Of a stretch of DNA of 64,000 bases, positions 60,385 to 64,000 are shown one piece after another. The notes under the pieces were generated by a model, which was not told the origin of the DNA, searched no databases, and worked only from the letters and a program-made list of their open reading frames with translations. The stretch is from a virus. Its lineage: Duplodnaviria > Caudoviricetes. The stretch lies in IMG/VR virus record IMGVR_UViG_3300043468_001158; one strand, 5' to 3'. The translations under genes were made by a program, and so were the position numbers. Position 1 is the stretch's first letter, and each line of letters begins with the position of its first letter.

Positions 60385-61016
60385 AATTAAGTGAAGTGTT
60401 TATAGATTGGTCAAAAATCGATATTGACCTTCAAGATTTATCTGGGCGGTTAGGTATACGACCAATCTATAATGGCCATGTATTACGAGAAGAATATGTT
60501 TATCCTCCAGTGTGGGATGAATTTGTTCTAAACGAAATGGCTTTACCGGTAAAATGGGAACGAGCTACTGAAACAGGGCTGAATGGATTCTTTTCATCAC
60601 AAGGTTTTGATTACGTTATTCATTTTGAACTTTTTCAATACAAAGTAAATGATACTTTATTAAAAGGGGTTAATGTTAGTTTTGAAGTAAAAGTAGATGG
60701 TGAATATACAACTAATCTAACTTCTGCTGGACAACCCAATCAGGTAATAGGAACTATTCAAAACTCATTAGGTGAAAAGATTATTCATTTTGATGTTGAT
60801 GTAGTATTATTTGTTGCTGTTGACAACATAGAACCTCGAATGCGACTCTATGGTAGAATGGCAGATAAATTTGCGAAAAAGTTTGGAAATGTGTATAGAG
60901 ATATTATATTACCTAAAGGTAAAGCTATAGCAATTATAGCTAGACATATACCAGAATTAAAGCAAAAAGAAATCTATCAATTAGTAATAGAGGCAGGTCA
61001 GGATAAAACTCTATGA
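60381..61016 (+). CDS. Hypothetical protein with capsid-targeting-like N-terminus
   Basis: Starts MKLSEVF; later VLRE and VLNE sites; C-terminal VLFVAVD...RMRLYGRMA domain. Confidence 0.55.
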   Translation: MKLSEVFIDWSKIDIDLQDLSGRLGIRPIYNGHVLREEYVYPPVWDEFVLNEMALPVKWERATETGLNGFFSSQGFDYVIHFELFQYKVNDTLLKGVNVSFEVKVDGEYTTNLTSAGQPNQVIGTIQNSLGEKIIHFDVDVVLFVAVDNIEPRMRLYGRMADKFAKKFGNVYRDIILPKGKAIAIIARHIPELKQKEIYQLVIEAGQDKTL

Positions 61017-61429
61017 GTAGAACTCTTTCATGGGACGTTAATAACGACGGAGATAAGGTTGAAGTTTTTGTGTATAACAATACGTTACACGTTCAAGAAC
61101 CAACCTTACTTTCTATTTCAATTAGCGAAATCAAACAAGCGGCTGATAGCAAAAAGTTCCAAAGAATGTCAAAAATCAATGAACATAGGAAGGATGTTAT
61201 GCCATCAAACAAATCAAAAGCAAATTTGTCTATTACCGTTACAGAAGCTAAAGCTTTTGCTGAATGGATTTTAGAACATGCAGAAACGTGTCCTTACATC
61301 AAAGACCATGAAGAAGTCTTTACTCAAATTCACTTCAAAACTTCTCATGAAAGTGGTATCGGTCCAACTCATATCGTCACATGTGATTGCGGTGAATCGA
61401 TTGACATTACTGATGTAAGTTCTTGGTAA
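61013..61429 (+). CDS. Hypothetical protein
   Basis: ATGA overlap; C-terminal CDCG. Confidence 0.6.
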   Translation: MSRTLSWDVNNDGDKVEVFVYNNTLHVQEPTLLSISISEIKQAADSKKFQRMSKINEHRKDVMPSNKSKANLSITVTEAKAFAEWILEHAETCPYIKDHEEVFTQIHFKTSHESGIGPTHIVTCDCGESIDITDVSSW

Positions 61430-61513
61430 TATAAGATAAACTGATTACAAGTGTGGCATATACGATTAAATAGTTTATGCCACTAGTAATCATACAATAA
61501 GAAGGATAAAGAT

Positions 61514-61816
61514 ATGAACACTCTACAATTACCCACACATCATGATGTAAATCTAAGCTTGGACTTCAATGATAATTGTATCATTATTCAATTAGAGCTA
61601 AATAGCCCAGAACGTTTTAGCTTTGAAGACGAATACGATATCAATGTTATTGATAAGGTAAGCAAAGAGTCCGGAGTTCCTATAAGCCAAATCATTCTCA
61701 AAGGTTTGTTTTTAGAACTTCAGGAAATTGGTGTGACAGTAAGTTATGAAAATGAACAGTACATCAAACAACAAGTTGAAATGTACTGTGACTATTGCAC
61801 CTTAGGCGACTACTAA
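61514..61816 (+). CDS. Hypothetical acidic protein
   Basis: AAGGA RBS. Confidence 0.6.
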   Translation: MNTLQLPTHHDVNLSLDFNDNCIIIQLELNSPERFSFEDEYDINVIDKVSKESGVPISQIILKGLFLELQEIGVTVSYENEQYIKQQVEMYCDYCTLGDY

Positions 61817-61822
61817 AAACTA

Positions 61823-61851
61823 TTTACAACTAGTAAAGTCTATGGTATAAT
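61823..61851 (+). promoter_or_regulatory. Sigma70-type early promoter
   Basis: TTTACA-17 nt-TATAAT with TGG immediately before the -10. Confidence 0.75.
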
Positions 61852-61899
61852 AGACCTGTAAGTAAAGTTTTATTTCAATCTTTTATACAGGAAAATACG

Positions 61900-62151
61900 A
61901 TGACTACTAAACCTGATTATTCTGACAATGCTTTCTTCTCAATGAAGTTTATTGCTTCATTGCAAAATGAAAAAGATTTGACAAAAGCAAAGGAACGTGC
62001 TTACGAAGAAGTTAAAGCTAAGTCAAACGCTCGCCCAAAAAATATTGCAAAAGCAAATGCTCAAATCGCTAACGCTAAAAACATCAAACAACTAATGCAA
62101 GGTTGTGTCAATTTTCAGTTAGCCCATGATGGATTAGGCGTTATCAAATAA
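61900..62151 (+). CDS. Small basic hypothetical protein
   Basis: AGGA RBS, downstream of the early promoter. Confidence 0.65.
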   Translation: MTTKPDYSDNAFFSMKFIASLQNEKDLTKAKERAYEEVKAKSNARPKNIAKANAQIANAKNIKQLMQGCVNFQLAHDGLGVIK

Positions 62152-62159
62152 TCCCGCTC

Positions 62160-62897
62160 TTAATTAGAAAGGGATGTTTGTTCTTTTACTTGCATCCCTT
62201 TCAAAAATTCAATTCCTGTCTCATCTTTTATATCTTTCAGCTTTACCAATTTACGAGGTAATAAGCTAGAAGATATCTTTTCATTCGGTACAATAAAAGA
62301 CCAACTCTCAGATGACTTAGGGTCAAAAATGACTTTATACATTGCACGTGGAACTGGTATTCTATTTGGTCCGATAGTCAATGTAGTTTTACTCAACACA
62401 GGTCCAGTGAAGATAATCACTTCGCCATGCGACTTAGCAGTATCTTTAGCAAACTTTTCTAATACCTTCCAAATTCCTCGATTGTTTGACGGCTTCTGAG
62501 GCATCATGTTTGACAACAAGAAACTATCAGTCATTCCTTCAAGGGTATGCATATCTCCAGTTGGTACCATATGACCTCTATCAAAACCTGAGTTAGTATA
62601 ATCATATAGTTCAGCACGTTGTCCTTTTTCTAACTCTGGGTCTGCTTTGAATAAACTCATTCTTGGTTCAGTATCTCGAGCTTCAATTGCAGTTAGTTTT
62701 TCACCTGCCCACAATGTTATTTTTTTCTCAGTAGAATAACCAAGTTCAAATTCAGACCTGCATAGTTTAGTAATTTGATATGATAGCTTCGGTTCCAATG
62801 TATCATCAAGTTCAGGACAAGCATTTACATTGGATGCTACTAAAATGCTACTTAGAAGAAAAGATGTAGGAGTATAATGTTTGGCGAACCTAATCAT
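62160..62897 (-). CDS. DNA/RNA non-specific endonuclease (NucA/EndA type) with signal peptide
   Basis: YTNSGFDRGHMVP, FLLSNMMPQ, NNRGIWKVLE and IPVPRAMYKVI. Probable start MIRFAKH at 62897 gives a signal-like peptide ending VNA. CATAAATA at 62948-62955. Confidence 0.9.
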   Translation of the reverse strand: MIRFAKHYTPTSFLLSSILVASNVNACPELDDTLEPKLSYQITKLCRSEFELGYSTEKKITLWAGEKLTAIEARDTEPRMSLFKADPELEKGQRAELYDYTNSGFDRGHMVPTGDMHTLEGMTDSFLLSNMMPQKPSNNRGIWKVLEKFAKDTAKSHGEVIIFTGPVLSKTTLTIGPNRIPVPRAMYKVIFDPKSSESWSFIVPNEKISSSLLPRKLVKLKDIKDETGIEFLKGMQVKEQTSLSN

Positions 62898-63038
62898 ATG
62901 AACGAGAACCTTTGTTTGAAAGTGTTTGTATAAGTATATTTTATCACTATTTATGACACCCATAAACATCAAAATATGATTTTCTTCAAAATCCTCATTT
63001 TTCTTCAAAAATTGCCGAGTGATTAGTCATGGAAAATG

Positions 63039-63277
63039 ATGTGTTTGAAAACTAGTATATAAATCAATAAGTTACGAAGATAATGATAAATATTTTTAGT
63101 AATAAAATCAACTACTTAGAAAAAGACAAACCAGAAGTAAAAGAGAAAATGATATGAAAATGAAGAAGAGGGAGAGACAACTAAATATAATATATACCCT
63201 TAGTCTGTCAGTTTTTCGAGTAATAAAATCAATAAGTTACACCTAAGCGAAATCAATTATATAGTCTGTCAGTTTTT
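63039..63277. repeat. 239-bp non-coding element, copy 2 (inverted relative to 25688-25926)
   Basis: Reverse complement aligns to copy 1 without gaps. Confidence 0.95.
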
Positions 63278-63304
63278 GAGAGTAAAGTCCATAAGTGATG
63301 TCCG

Positions 63305-63333
63305 TTTACATCAACACAGAACTTGTATATAAT
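63305..63333 (+). promoter_or_regulatory. Sigma70-type early promoter
   Basis: TTTACA-17 nt-TATAAT. Confidence 0.75.
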
Positions 63334-63365
63334 TAACATTTGTATGTAATAGTGGAATAAATATA

Positions 63366-63638
63366 ATGAATACGACTGATATTGCCAATCGTAAAAAAAT
63401 GCTCAAAAGTTTTTTGAGTCATAATAAAGTTCAAGTGACATTTACCAAAGTCAACGGCGACACACGAATAATGAACTGCACCCTCAATGAAGACTTGATA
63501 CCGGTGACATTAGACAAAAGTGTTTATGAACCAAAAAATAAAGCTGATAATCCTAATACGATTGCCGTATATGATTTAGATAAGAATGCATGGCGATCTT
63601 TTCGAATTGAAAATATCATAGAAACTAAACTATTATAA
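63366..63638 (+). CDS. WYL_2/DUF2693-like SH3-fold protein
   Basis: VQVTFTKVNGDTRIMNCTL...VYDLDKNAWRSFR. Confidence 0.8.
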   Translation: MNTTDIANRKKMLKSFLSHNKVQVTFTKVNGDTRIMNCTLNEDLIPVTLDKSVYEPKNKADNPNTIAVYDLDKNAWRSFRIENIIETKLL

Positions 63639-63655
63639 GGGGAGATAACATACAT

Positions 63656-64000
63656 ATGAAAAAACTATACATAGCACTATTACTTTTAGCAACATCAGCA
63701 GGTTGTTCAAACATCAAGTTTGACGGACTTCAATATGATAGGTTTGTGACTATCTATGAAGTCGCTGTAGATTTGCAAACCAAATGTAGTGACCCGTCAG
63801 CAGTTCGTAAAGATACCCAAAGTATCAAGAACTATGTTCATCATATGGCAACATATGCGGAATTCAGGTCAAACAGTCCAGAAATCCAACGTTCATCTAA
63901 AGCACTACTTTCAATGGTCCAAGAATTCAGTGATAAGTATGCTGAAGGTATGACACCTCCATCAGTACCATATTGCACAGAAAAACTCAAAAACATTGCA
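63656..64000 (+). CDS. Lipoprotein, truncated by the window edge (not in ORF track)
   Basis: MKKLYIALLLLATSAG-C lipobox after a GGGGAG RBS; open to the end of the window. Confidence 0.7.
   Translation, partial: MKKLYIALLLLATSAGCSNIKFDGLQYDRFVTIYEVAVDLQTKCSDPSAVRKDTQSIKNYVHHMATYAEFRSNSPEIQRSSKALLSMVQEFSDKYAEGMTPPSVPYCTEKLKNIA

Noticed and set aside
61444-61490. Imperfect hairpin GTGGCATA...TATGCCAC between early ORFs, and a 10-bp stem at 62167-62202
   Set aside because: No U-tract or second copy. Possibly processing or termination signals, but too weak to call.
56-62202. Many short antisense ORFs in the track (for example 620-847, 1923-2198, 30077-30382, 46577-46810)
   Set aside because: They shadow long coding genes on the opposite strand or frame, lack an RBS and have no motifs.
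63154-63246. 30-codon ORF MKMKKRERQLNIIYTLSLSVFRVIKS inside the inverted element (the single SNP is synonymous in this frame)
   Set aside because: No convincing RBS, the stops differ between copies, and one synonymous SNP is easily chance.
1-64000. Stop-codon reassignment, as seen in some large phages
   Set aside because: The standard code gives full-length, densely packed ORFs up to 3059 aa, and TAG and TGA act as normal stops.
1-64000. tRNA, rRNA, introns or inteins
   Set aside because: No cloverleaf or rRNA-like sequence was recognised. Capsid, portal, protease and gp46/47 ORFs are uninterrupted and of normal size, and both endonucleases are free-standing.

Overview
A 64 kb, AT-rich segment of a large (jumbo-type) myovirus genome with T4-like head and late-transcription genes; no cellular housekeeping genes are present. 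The first 35.9 kb (minus strand) is a tail fibre and baseplate module: several paralogous fibre proteins, 1370, 1944 and 3059 aa structural proteins, gp6, gp25, gp5, hub, gp53 and tube-initiator homologues, and one GT2 glycosyltransferase on the opposite strand. From 36 to 54 kb lie the late sigma factor gp55, gp47/gp46, a resolvase, gp51/gp26, tape measure, portal gp20, protease gp21, a gp67-like core protein, scaffold gp22 and major capsid gp23, with two free-standing homing endonucleases. From 55 to 64 kb are mostly small hypothetical ORFs under sigma70-type promoters, plus a HEXXH peptidase, a vWA protein and a signal-peptide nuclease. Two things stand out. (1) Six unknown genes sit between the protease and scaffold genes. 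Four carry an N-terminal IAGI motif also found in the scaffold C-terminus and the core protein, the other two start MKINELF, all have putative gp21 (I/L/F)xE cleavage sites, and three share a conserved C-terminal domain; this looks like a tagged capsid-cargo array. (2) A 239-bp non-coding, box-containing element occurs twice in inverted orientation about 37 kb apart. All product calls come from motif recognition by eye; no database searches were run.
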